45,253 nucleotides of DNA. Source: a virus. Taxonomy: Duplodnaviria > Caudoviricetes. Made by a program: the position numbers and the translations under genes. Where the stretch lies: positions 1-45,253 of the IMG/VR virus record IMGVR_UViG_3300005300_000013. The stretch is one strand, 5' to 3'. The notes under the pieces are model-generated. The model was not told the origin of the DNA and did no database searches. It was given only the letters and a program-made list of their open reading frames with translations. Positions 37,168 through 45,253 of the stretch are shown here, one piece after another; the stretch's first letter is position 1, and each line of letters begins with the position of its first letter.

Positions 37168-37750
37168 TCATCAAGTATGGAAGGTAGTAACTGAGTAAGT
37201 CACGCAAGTGCGGAAACTTCTCCCCAGCAACATCAAAAACTGTCATTACAGGATAGCGTGGAACCCCAAGAATTGATGCAACCATTGGTTCCAGAACCCC
37301 AGTTGGATAAGTAACCGGTGGAATTTCGGCAGAAACAACGGTCTCTGGAAATGGAACTGTGGGGTAAACAGGCATTTCTGGTGGCGTAACAAACTCTTCT
37401 TCGGGAATTACTGAAGTTCCCGCTGCTTGTTTTTTCTCCTTTTCTTCACCCAATTCTGCTGCCAAAACATCAAACCTCGGTAAAGATTTCAATAGAGTTT
37501 TTAACTCTGGGTAAATATTAGTGATGACTTTCTGAAATTCTGGAAGGCTCAATAAAAGCCGTGCGTCCTCTCCCTGCTGTAAAAGAAACACTAAAAAATC
37601 CCTAAGAGCCCGCTTCCTTTCGCCAACAGCCTCACCTATAGCACCAATTGCAGATGCCAAAGATGAAATGATACCTCCTCTATACGGAGTTAAACCTGAC
37701 TCCGCAAGATACCTGAACATTGATGCGGTCATTGGGTTGACGACTGGCAC
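37157..37750 (-). CDS. Putative internal virion protein
   Basis: GAGGTG RBS, GTG start; position in the ejection block. Confidence 0.6.
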   Translation of the reverse strand: MPVVNPMTASMFRYLAESGLTPYRGGIISSLASAIGAIGEAVGERKRALRDFLVFLLQQGEDARLLLSLPEFQKVITNIYPELKTLLKSLPRFDVLAAELGEEKEKKQAAGTSVIPEEEFVTPPEMPVYPTVPFPETVVSAEIPPVTYPTGVLEPMVASILGVPRYPVMTVFDVAGEKFPHLRDLLSYYLPYLMIGR

Positions 37751-37765
37751 AAATCAACACCTCAC

Positions 37766-38644
37766 TTAAAATTTAATAACTCCCGCCTGTATCCATGGAA
37801 CTATTGCCTGTGTTAGTTGTTCAAGGGTTGAAGGCGCATACATTGGATACATAGGCGCCCCACCATACAAAGGTCTTAGATGTTCTGCAATCCTAAGCGT
37901 CATTTCTGTCGGAACAGCCATCAAACCCAACGCACCTCTAAACAGTTCCGGCGTCATAGCAGCCCATCTTTGAGCCATTTCCTGCTGCCGTGCTAACTCA
38001 CGAATTGCCAAATCAGCCAGAGTAGACTGCCAACCCCTTTCCTGCTCTGCCGCAAACCTTGTAAGAGCCTCAAGGATTGAACCGCCTTGTGGTGAACCTG
38101 CAGCGGCAGCAAGTTGTTCGTGTAAACTTGCCATCTGCCTCTGTAATTGTTGCTCAAATAAAGGGCGCATAAGATTTGCAGTGGTCGCGGCAACCGTCAT
38201 AAAATCCGTAGGTCTCGTTGCCATTAACGCAGCATACTGTCCTAAATCCGTAGTAGTTGCCGCGCCCGTTTGTGCTATCCCCGTCGGCGTATAGCCGCCC
38301 CAAGCACCAAGATGTTGGTAAAGCGTTGAAACGACAGGGTTTATTTCCTCTGGAGAAAGATAGGGTTCTAACTGTGTTGGCGTCCATGTCGTTGGTGTAA
38401 CCTTTTTTCTTTCTCCGGCGCCCAAACCCAAGGCAGCCACAACCCATGGAGCAACCTTGGCAGCCTTACCTTTAGCCAAAGCACCCAGACCTATTTTTCC
38501 TAAAAGTTTTGTTGCTGCTGCTTTGGCTCCAGCACCCAAAACACCACCAAGCGCTAACCCGCCAACGGTAAGTATGGTTTTTAGTGGCTTCTTTACAACA
38601 CCACCGAGGGCTCGTTTGAAGAACTTCCCAATCTTTAATCCCAC
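37766..38644 (-). CDS. Putative DNA pilot/ejection protein
   Basis: Basic Gly/Ala-rich N-terminus (GLKIGKFFKRALGG...), Gln/Ala-rich helical body; GAGGTG RBS before GTG 38644; directly after the nozzle gene. Confidence 0.65.
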   Translation of the reverse strand: MGLKIGKFFKRALGGVVKKPLKTILTVGGLALGGVLGAGAKAAATKLLGKIGLGALAKGKAAKVAPWVVAALGLGAGERKKVTPTTWTPTQLEPYLSPEEINPVVSTLYQHLGAWGGYTPTGIAQTGAATTTDLGQYAALMATRPTDFMTVAATTANLMRPLFEQQLQRQMASLHEQLAAAAGSPQGGSILEALTRFAAEQERGWQSTLADLAIRELARQQEMAQRWAAMTPELFRGALGLMAVPTEMTLRIAEHLRPLYGGAPMYPMYAPSTLEQLTQAIVPWIQAGVIKF

Positions 38645-38657
38645 ACAAATCACCTCT

Positions 38658-40217
38658 TTAATGCCAGAATACAAACAGACCGTGCCAGACTACTCGTGTG
38701 ACCAGTCCCGTGGCAACAATTTTAGCACGGATATATCTCCCGGTATAGTATATCCCCACTTCCTCGGCAAGACCGTTTACATCCAACGAGGCAACATGTG
38801 CGTAGTTGAACTTGTTTGGATTTGTCAACTGTGGCAAGGAGTGTGAAATTGCAAGGTGTAACTGCCAAGTCCCAAAGATTGCATTAGGGTCACCTTGCGT
38901 AGTCCACCATAACAAAGTGCTGACCGTTGTCTTTTGGGCGCCCGGCGGACCGATTTCTGATGCAGGGATGTGTATTTCGCCGCTAAACGCAGCGTTACCT
39001 CTGGCTTGGTAATCGTCGTAAGGTAACCTGAGTTTGAACATCCTGAGCGTGAACAATGACGGGTCGTAACCCACAAAAGCAGCAACCTCTATTTTATCAT
39101 CCCAAGAGTAGTTAGCCGTCGTTCCATGCGAACCGCCGCTTGTAATCGGTCTATCCCTCAAATACCAAGACCGATACAATACCTGATAAACGAGAACCTT
39201 ATCCATAAAGTCAGTTCCGTAGGGGATGCAATAAATTTCCGCATCCATCGGATTGTAACTCAACAAAACAGAGTAAGCAGAAGACATCATCTGTTTGAAG
39301 GTCTTGTCAATGTTTTGGCTTATTAGTATGCTTTCACTGCCGCTGAACGCATATAATCCAGTATCTATTGCGTAGACAATCATGTTCACATCGTGAAGAG
39401 AGATAGACAAGATTTGTCTTTTGTCTTTTATCGGCGACGGCAAAGTCGTCGCTAACTGAACACCAAAAGGCGTCAATGCGTTTCCGGTGTAACCCAAAAC
39501 GAAAAACCTGTGCCTTGTGACTATGAGCAAGTTTTCTCCAAAGGGGAGCATCCTGATGATTTCGTCGTAAATTGGCAAGTCAAGTGTCTGCATCGCATCC
39601 CATGCATCTGGGTTGTTCAGACCGCTCCATTGAATTCTGTAAATGGCACCGCCGGATGTCCCTACTGTGTTACCCACAACAAGCCTGAAACCCAAAGTTC
39701 CTATCGTCCTTGCTTTGGGAGAACCCGGTATAAGCGTCCACACAGGATTGGCAAGGTCTATGTCTAAATAATAAACGCCACCGTATGTCGCATGCGGAAC
39801 AGCCATGTAAAACTTGTTCTGGAAAAGTGTGATGTCGGGAACTTCAAACAAAACATCGCCATTCCAGTCCGTAGGCGTGACCCAAGACATTTGATATGAG
39901 CCATCGCCAGTTAACATCCACATCCGTATCTTCCGGGTGAAGAAGAAGAAGTGAACAACAACACCGTCAATCCTCCGCATTGAAACGGTTCCCAAGAAAC
40001 TCCCCGGGTCGTCTGTTTCGTTTCCGACAATATCTGTTATCTCTGGATGCCAACCCGGGGCGGTTTCCAAACCGTCCCTGCAAACCCTGAAATTTTTTAA
40101 ATAGGAAAGGCTACCACCGCCTTCCTCTGAAGTAAGGGGAATTTCAACATCAACCCAACCGTTTCTCGGCAAAAGAAACTGCCATTGTTGTAGGTCAGTA
40201 GGTCTCGTTGCTGGCAC
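38658..40217 (-). CDS. Tail nozzle / DNA stabilisation protein (P22 gp10 / T7 gp12-like)
   Basis: GW...LKNFR, RLVVGN, RIQWS-x-x-NNPDAW and ISQNID patterns; beta-rich; follows the adaptor gene. Confidence 0.7.
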   Translation of the reverse strand: MPATRPTDLQQWQFLLPRNGWVDVEIPLTSEEGGGSLSYLKNFRVCRDGLETAPGWHPEITDIVGNETDDPGSFLGTVSMRRIDGVVVHFFFFTRKIRMWMLTGDGSYQMSWVTPTDWNGDVLFEVPDITLFQNKFYMAVPHATYGGVYYLDIDLANPVWTLIPGSPKARTIGTLGFRLVVGNTVGTSGGAIYRIQWSGLNNPDAWDAMQTLDLPIYDEIIRMLPFGENLLIVTRHRFFVLGYTGNALTPFGVQLATTLPSPIKDKRQILSISLHDVNMIVYAIDTGLYAFSGSESILISQNIDKTFKQMMSSAYSVLLSYNPMDAEIYCIPYGTDFMDKVLVYQVLYRSWYLRDRPITSGGSHGTTANYSWDDKIEVAAFVGYDPSLFTLRMFKLRLPYDDYQARGNAAFSGEIHIPASEIGPPGAQKTTVSTLLWWTTQGDPNAIFGTWQLHLAISHSLPQLTNPNKFNYAHVASLDVNGLAEEVGIYYTGRYIRAKIVATGLVTRVVWHGLFVFWH

Positions 40218-40223
40218 TTCCTA

Positions 40224-40994
40224 TCACCCACCTTGTTCTGGAACTGCTGGACCTGGCATCGGCTTGCGCCTGAACCTAAGATACTGCAAATGAAGCGTCT
40301 TTGCAGGCGACAACCTCTCCCTTGCTTCGTTAGCCTTCGCTTCCATGAACTTCTCGTCAGCAAGTTGTTTGAAAATCGTCGCAGCCTCAAAATCCCGAAG
40401 TAAAATATAACACCTGTAAATCATTTCGTAAAGAACCCAATCACTGTATTTCCGCATCAATGGTGTTTCGTAATCAAAAGTGATGTCGCTTATGCTCATG
40501 GGAATAGACGGATAATACATCAAGGAGATTTCATACTGCGATGTGTCCAGCGGCGGAAAGACATTTAAAGAAAGTATGTCTTCTTTTCCTGCCTCTATGA
40601 CTGTTTGATAGTTTTCCCAAAGGCTTGACGGAACTGCTATGTAGTATGAGTATGATATCGTCGGAACCCAAAAGGAATTCAAATACTGTAGGTTGTTTGA
40701 GCCGACGGTTGCCAAGTAATCGTTTCTGCTTGTGTAAGGAAAGATGGGTGAAGCAAACACCCTGTCTTTAGCAACTATCAAAGCAGATATGTCTTCTCCA
40801 TAATCATCAGGCAAAATGAAAGTCCATTTACTTGAAGGTTCAAGAATTTTGGCATCGCTTAGCGAATAGAAACTTGCACGCTGATATGCTTCCTTGTGAA
40901 AGTAACGGAGAAGGTTGTAGAAAGTTTCCAGTTTAATTTGCTCTGTTCTTGCCAAATGCTCCGTAACCATCCTGTAGAGTTCCCCAACTGTCAT
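40224..40994 (-). CDS. Head-tail adaptor (T7 gp11 / P22 gp4-like position)
   Basis: MTVGEL N-terminus, LPDDY, C-terminal helical segment; directly upstream of the nozzle gene. Confidence 0.6.
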   Translation of the reverse strand: MTVGELYRMVTEHLARTEQIKLETFYNLLRYFHKEAYQRASFYSLSDAKILEPSSKWTFILPDDYGEDISALIVAKDRVFASPIFPYTSRNDYLATVGSNNLQYLNSFWVPTISYSYYIAVPSSLWENYQTVIEAGKEDILSLNVFPPLDTSQYEISLMYYPSIPMSISDITFDYETPLMRKYSDWVLYEMIYRCYILLRDFEAATIFKQLADEKFMEAKANEARERLSPAKTLHLQYLRFRRKPMPGPAVPEQGG

Positions 40995-40995
40995 G

Positions 40996-41304
40996 TCAAT
41001 CCTCACCCGAAAATAACTTTACTCTGGAGATGAACAAGTCGTATAGCGCTTCGCTACCATCTTCTAATTCAGTGGCACATGTTTCGCAAGAAGGCACAAC
41101 CATAGCGGCAATAACCCCTGTTTCTTGATTGTGGAAAAAAGAAACGGATGCGGTCTCGCAGTTTTCCCCACAACAGAAGCAAGGAAACCCGTTTTTATCC
41201 AACCAATATGCAATAAGCGCCATCAGTTCCTCTACTAACTCAGAAGGCATTTTTTCAGAAAAGAGAACTCCCACCACCTGCTCTTTAGGTTGAAGTTCAA
41301 TCAT
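40996..41304 (-). CDS. Small Cys-rich hypothetical protein
   Basis: CFCC-x3-C and CETC; GGAGTG RBS. Confidence 0.65.
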   Translation of the reverse strand: MIELQPKEQVVGVLFSEKMPSELVEELMALIAYWLDKNGFPCFCCGENCETASVSFFHNQETGVIAAMVVPSCETCATELEDGSEALYDLFISRVKLFSGED

Positions 41305-41310
41305 TATGTA

Positions 41311-41688
41311 TCACTCCAGTTCAGGCAAATAAGGCTTTGCTTCTTCAGGAACGAAACCGACTAAACCTTCTTTCTTTAGGATTTCTGCCATTGTTCTTGC
41401 TGGCACCCTACTACCCCATATCCTGAACTCCCAAACAGTTTCCCCTGTTGGCAGTTCCAACTTGACTAACTGTAACATACCGCTGCTTGAGGTCATAATA
41501 TCAATTCGCCGAACCTCTTTCGCCCCAACTACCTGAGCAGGTGATGCATCATCAGCGCCAATGCTAACGACAGGACTATCGCCAGCAACATCCACACTTC
41601 CCTGTTCTCCTTCTTCTTCTCCCAGAACATCTGTGATAATGTCTTGTGGTAAGTCTTGAAGACCCAAAGTTCCACTACGCCGAGCCAT
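41311..41688 (-). CDS. Hypothetical acidic protein (125 aa)
   Basis: Strong AGGAGGTG RBS 7 nt before ATG 41688. Confidence 0.7.
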   Translation of the reverse strand: MARRSGTLGLQDLPQDIITDVLGEEEGEQGSVDVAGDSPVVSIGADDASPAQVVGAKEVRRIDIMTSSSGMLQLVKLELPTGETVWEFRIWGSRVPARTMAEILKKEGLVGFVPEEAKPYLPELE

Positions 41689-41813
41689 ACTAATACACCT
41701 CCTATGAATATTACCCATGCCCACATTTGGGCTAACGAGAAAGCCAATATTACAAGCATGAATATTGAAACAACAGACAAAACTTCCTTTATATCAATCT
41801 TCACGCCAATCAC
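41529..41813 (-). CDS. Small membrane protein, holin-like
   Basis: Three hydrophobic stretches with a charged EKKKENRE loop; GTGA coupling to the upstream stop; overlaps the next gene. Confidence 0.45.
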   Translation of the reverse strand: MIGVKIDIKEVLSVVSIFMLVILAFSLAQMWAWVIFIGGVLVWLGVVELWVFKTYHKTLSQMFWEKKKENREVWMLLAIVLSLALALMMHHLLR

Positions 41814-42094
41814 CCGCCGAATACAACATCTGGCTCAAAGTAACGCCCCATAACTTTCCTTTTCAAAACCTTGTCTTCATTCTCTTCGTAATGCTCCATC
41901 ATGTATCTCTTTTGGTGATTTACGGGAATTCCCCACCTCTTACACAGTTCCGGGTTGTAATCCAACAACCTTTTGGCTACTTCCAAAGGGACTTCACAAC
42001 CATCTGGATAGAAGAAGTGACCTCCCTGCTCATATATTGGTGGATGATGCGGCGCCATATGAACCCTAAAAGGTTCATTCTTGTGAAATGGCAT
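41810..42094 (-). CDS. Hypothetical protein
   Basis: GGAGGTG RBS before ATG 42094; YEQGGHFFYPDG segment. Confidence 0.7.
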   Translation of the reverse strand: MPFHKNEPFRVHMAPHHPPIYEQGGHFFYPDGCEVPLEVAKRLLDYNPELCKRWGIPVNHQKRYMMEHYEENEDKVLKRKVMGRYFEPDVVFGG

Positions 42095-42117
42095 TTCAAC
42101 ATCCACCTCCAGTATGC

Positions 42118-42151
42118 GGCTGGGTAGGCGACTTAATCCACCTACCCAGCC
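42118..42151 (-). promoter_or_regulatory. Intergenic stem-loop downstream of the head genes
   Basis: GGCTGGGTAGG/CCTACCCAGCC 11-bp arms; no U-tract on the coding strand. Confidence 0.55.
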
Positions 42152-42163
42152 AAACTTATGTCA

Positions 42164-42616
42164 TCAGAACTCCTCGGTTCCAAACACCTGCCTGACCCTC
42201 GGCAGGACTTCACGGCTAAACACATAAGCAACGGCAAGGTAAGCAGTAGCACCTGCAGCGTTAGCGGTTTGCGACACGGTTATTTCAATTACATTACCCG
42301 GAGAAGCCTGAAATTCAGGGGTAACTCTGACAACCCTAACAACACCAACATTAGATTGCGGTATCGTAACAGTAGTGCTTTTTACTACCGACCCGTCAGG
42401 TTTCTTCTCCGTTAAAGTCAATATGACATCCCTTGCCCAGTTGGCACCAGCAGCACGAGACGAAATACCAATAACAACTGGGGCTACCAAATCCTCAGAG
42501 TGTTCGGTGTTAAGCAATGGGGCAGATTGTAGAATACCCAACAAGGCGTTTGCGGTATTGACATCGGCATTGTTCAAGATAAGTTGTCTGGGTGCTTCGT
42601 AAATATCACCCAACAT
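42164..42616 (-). CDS. Putative capsid decoration/cement protein
   Basis: AAGGAGG RBS; small beta-rich protein immediately after the major capsid gene. Confidence 0.5.
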   Translation of the reverse strand: MLGDIYEAPRQLILNNADVNTANALLGILQSAPLLNTEHSEDLVAPVVIGISSRAAGANWARDVILTLTEKKPDGSVVKSTTVTIPQSNVGVVRVVRVTPEFQASPGNVIEITVSQTANAAGATAYLAVAYVFSREVLPRVRQVFGTEEF

Positions 42617-42637
42617 ATCTATCCCTCCTTATCAATT

Positions 42638-43588
42638 TTAACCCGAAGTAAAGTGAATTACACGGCACTCTCCGGGACCAACGGTGTCCCAAGTCAACGC
42701 CCATGCGCCGCTAAAGAACCAGCCGATGCGCTTAATGCGACCAAAGGTGTTCGCCACAGTTTCAGACCTGATTTCCTCGGGGATGGAGATAACCTCAATA
42801 ATCGGGTCGGCTGCAAGGAATATGCCTTCGGGCGGCTTGTTGGTTCCAGTCCCAGCAGCAGGGCTCAAAGCATCTGGGTTGTTGGTTTGAACCAACCTAA
42901 CATTATACCAACTACCGACTTCAGAGCGGAAAAAGACATCCGGGCTGGTATACTTCAGAAACGCATCGGTAACTTCGTCATACAAAGACCTGATACCGGC
43001 GCCGTGAAGTATACCGACATAGTTAGTGCCGTCGTAGGGTGGAACTTGCAAAACAAGTCGGAAATAATCAGCAATATCTTTCAGGTGCGCCGACTTGAAG
43101 CCAGCATAACCCGCTTGAGGTGGAGTGCCATCCGTATCAAACACGGTTGACGAAGCAGAGGATGGAACCGCCTTTACAGGGGTTTGCTTCAAAACTTGAG
43201 CAACCCTGTAATCCAAGTTGTGTGCCATGTTGAACTTGAGCGACTCGATGATGATTTCTTGGACATCCCACTCGGCGAAGCGCTCAAGTCTCTCGGTGAA
43301 CTCCATGAAAGCAAGGTAGTCCTCAATGACGACCGAACCACGGGAAATCGTAGGAACGGGCAAAGGAACGCCCTGCTCCTGCTCACCAATCGGACCGACA
43401 AGAGTTGTCACTCTGCCTATCCTGTTGAAGTAATGAATGTCACCAGTTTTGCCTTCGGAATATTCCGGTCTGGCAAACTGGCGCATCTCGTATAAAGGAT
43501 AGGCAGCACGCCTTAGATGCTCTGACAGCGTCGGAAACACTAAGTAACCGCCAAGTGTTGGCTGAAATAGAACCATCCTACTTGCCAT
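42638..43588 (-). CDS. Major capsid protein (HK97 fold, N4-gp56-like)
   Basis: 316 aa; GD-x-x-YF, NLDYRV, YVGILH, EVGSWYNVRLVQTN and FGR-x-x-RIGW motifs; follows scaffold-like gene. Confidence 0.85.
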   Translation of the reverse strand: MASRMVLFQPTLGGYLVFPTLSEHLRRAAYPLYEMRQFARPEYSEGKTGDIHYFNRIGRVTTLVGPIGEQEQGVPLPVPTISRGSVVIEDYLAFMEFTERLERFAEWDVQEIIIESLKFNMAHNLDYRVAQVLKQTPVKAVPSSASSTVFDTDGTPPQAGYAGFKSAHLKDIADYFRLVLQVPPYDGTNYVGILHGAGIRSLYDEVTDAFLKYTSPDVFFRSEVGSWYNVRLVQTNNPDALSPAAGTGTNKPPEGIFLAADPIIEVISIPEEIRSETVANTFGRIKRIGWFFSGAWALTWDTVGPGECRVIHFTSG

Positions 43589-43614
43589 GGATTATCAACC
43601 TCCGAGATTAAGGT

Positions 43615-44301
43615 TTAACGACGGTAGCCCTCAACCCATCCCTGTTGTCGTTTCCGCATATCCTTTATCCGTTCCTCAATCATCTTTTTGGCAGTTTCTC
43701 TCCGCCATCTATCCAAATCCTCCAAGGATATTATTTTTGCGACGACATTTTTGCTTATAGGCATCTCCACTCCGGGAATATCGCTGTATTCTGTTTCGGG
43801 AGCACCCTCACCAGTTGTTGCCACATTAGACGGCGGTAAACCAACCAACTCTGCGGCTGTTGACCGCCTTCCCAAACCAAACCTCTCCTCAATTTGCTTT
43901 CCCGCATCATTCAGCGCACCCTTAACGAGCGTCGTCACTTTACTCAAATCGTCAATCTCTTGCCCCGAAGACAGGATTTCGCTAATCCTCACAGATGCCA
44001 GTTTTTCAATTATGTCGCTGTATTCCCGCAAGTAAGGTTTCTCTTGGTAAAACTCTGCTTTTGCCCGTTCCACAAGCGTGTTGAGTTGCATTAGCGCAAG
44101 TTGTGCCCTTAAAGCCTCCACCTGTTCGGATAACTCCTCCGTTTTTGATTTTTTAGTCTGCTTCTTTTCGCTTGACGACTGCTCTTCCACCTCTTTCTCG
44201 GCAACAGTTCGAGTTTCGCCGAAAAGGGTTTGGAGCCAATCGTCCGCCATAGGCGTAGTTTCCACTTGTTGACCTTCCTGTCCCTCAAATATTTGCTCCA
44301 T
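43615..44301 (-). CDS. Capsid scaffolding protein
   Basis: Acidic coiled-coil-like protein directly upstream of the capsid gene; GGAGGTG RBS. Confidence 0.65.
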   Translation of the reverse strand: MEQIFEGQEGQQVETTPMADDWLQTLFGETRTVAEKEVEEQSSSEKKQTKKSKTEELSEQVEALRAQLALMQLNTLVERAKAEFYQEKPYLREYSDIIEKLASVRISEILSSGQEIDDLSKVTTLVKGALNDAGKQIEERFGLGRRSTAAELVGLPPSNVATTGEGAPETEYSDIPGVEMPISKNVVAKIISLEDLDRWRRETAKKMIEERIKDMRKRQQGWVEGYRR

Positions 44302-44321
44302 ACTAATTCACCTCCAATTTT

Positions 44322-44330
44322 ATTATGTCA
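44322..44330 (-). promoter_or_regulatory. Putative extended -10 promoter (TGACATAAT)
   Basis: In the intergenic gap upstream of the scaffold-capsid genes. Confidence 0.45.
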
Positions 44331-44340
44331 CACGGATAGA

Positions 44341-44532
44341 TTAATTGTTACCGCCAATTTTAATGATGGCGCCCCTAACCTCATACACATTCCCCTTAAT
44401 TTTGAACTTGACATCACTAAATGGAACTTCAGTTCCAACCGGGGCGTGGTGAATATCCAGAGCCTTCGTCACCAGAACCAAGAACGGATACAGTTGGTTC
44501 AAATACTTCACAACTTTAAGTAACTTGCTCAC
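44341..44532 (-). CDS. Hypothetical protein (63 aa)
   Basis: GGAGGTG RBS, GTG start. Confidence 0.65.
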   Translation of the reverse strand: MSKLLKVVKYLNQLYPFLVLVTKALDIHHAPVGTEVPFSDVKFKIKGNVYEVRGAIIKIGGNN

Positions 44533-44553
44533 GACAAATCACCTCCGAGGTTA

Positions 44554-44562
44554 ATTATAACA
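44554..44562 (-). promoter_or_regulatory. Putative extended -10 promoter (TGTTATAAT)
   Basis: Perfect TGn-TATAAT consensus in an intergenic gap. Confidence 0.55.
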
Positions 44563-44596
44563 CAAACAATCGCATCACGACTTACTTGCATGTCCA

Positions 44597-44839
44597 TCAC
44601 CCTTGCTTGACAAGTTTTAGTTCGCATGCCTTATGCGGGTCTTCATCGTGATAACAAATGTGCTCATAAATCTCGTAGGGCGAATTGAGCAACGCTTCTA
44701 TGTCATTGATTGATTGCTGAACTTCGCTTTCGTTAAAGCCAGTAACTTCGTAGCGAATGACCATCACCATCGCCAAGCCTTCTCCCATCATGCTTTCAAC
44801 TTGTCTTTGTTCGTAACCTTCAAGATAAACCCGCATCAC
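44597..44839 (-). CDS. Hypothetical protein
   Basis: GGAGGTG RBS; H-x-CYHDE-x5-C segment. Confidence 0.65.
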   Translation of the reverse strand: MMRVYLEGYEQRQVESMMGEGLAMVMVIRYEVTGFNESEVQQSINDIEALLNSPYEIYEHICYHDEDPHKACELKLVKQG

Positions 44840-45068
44840 GCCTCACCTCCCTGCGAAATTCGTCAATCCACTGTCGCACTTGCGTAACTAACGACACATC
44901 ATCGCCCTCAACATTAAACTCGTCAACATCCCTGTCCTTCAACCACCTTCGCTGCAACAACCGCCTTAATGCAGCCTGCTTTGCTGGCGTGTCAACAACG
45001 ACATCAAACTCAGTTTCCCATTCGTCGTGTTGTCGCTGATTTACATGAACTAATCGCAACTTAGGCAT
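44820..45068 (-). CDS. Hypothetical protein
   Basis: GAGGTG RBS before ATG 45068 (MPKLRL...). Confidence 0.6.
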   Translation of the reverse strand: MPKLRLVHVNQRQHDEWETEFDVVVDTPAKQAALRRLLQRRWLKDRDVDEFNVEGDDVSLVTQVRQWIDEFRREVRRDAGLS

Positions 45069-45078
45069 AGCAATCACC

Positions 45079-45252
45079 TCAAATCCCGATAATGAGCAAA
45101 CGACGCTGGGCAATTATGATTGGCACTTCAGAAGTTTCTTCGTTACCAACAGAAGTCGTCGGTTCAGGGTCAATTCTCTTGCGAACTAAAACACGACCTG
45201 CATAATTCAATGTCGTGTATGCGTAATGGTTGTAAATATCAAAAATCTCCTC
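45079..45252 (-). CDS. 3' end of a gene cut by the window edge; DUF2341/LamG-like fibre C-terminus
   Basis: Open frame EEIFDIYNH...VLVRKRIDPEPTTSVGNEE...LLIIGI*; RK-x3-PEPT-x3-G-x-EE resembles DUF2341-protein ends. Confidence 0.5.
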   Translation of the reverse strand, partial: EEIFDIYNHYAYTTLNYAGRVLVRKRIDPEPTTSVGNEETSEVPIIIAQRRLLIIGI

Positions 45253-45253
45253 A

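Noticed and set aside
1-45253. Stop-codon reassignment, introns or inteins
   Set aside because: Standard code gives dense, full-length genes including a 15-kb ORF; no split genes or intein termini seen

Overview
Partial genome (~45 kb) of a tailed dsDNA bacteriophage with podovirus-like virion gene order, read in the standard genetic code, probably infecting a thermophilic bacterium (inferred from strong GGAGGTG RBSs, E/K/R/I/V-rich proteins and a polyamine enzyme). Two convergent arms meet at ~17.6 kb. The + arm (1-17680) holds early/replication genes: MoxR-type AAA+ ATPase with a DUF2201 metallopeptidase-VWA partner, a tandem array of divergent CxxC paralogues, a metallophosphoesterase, RuvC, a circularly permuted Amidase_3, a structured GTAAC-repeat/inverted-repeat/(CA)12 putative origin, a primase-helicase, Zn-finger proteins, a pyruvoyl-dependent arginine decarboxylase, Bet/RecT with a Cas4-like nuclease, and a Dam-family methylase. 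The - arm (17609-45253) holds virion genes: scaffold, major capsid, adaptor, nozzle, ejection proteins, a 5065-aa polyvalent protein (lytic transglycosylase, zincin, hydrophobic segments), a coupled divergent PurD-like ATP-grasp ligase and a secreted phosphodiester glycosidase. No terminase, portal, DNA polymerase, integrase, tRNA or CRISPR array was recognised. All calls come from reading motifs by eye; no searches were run.
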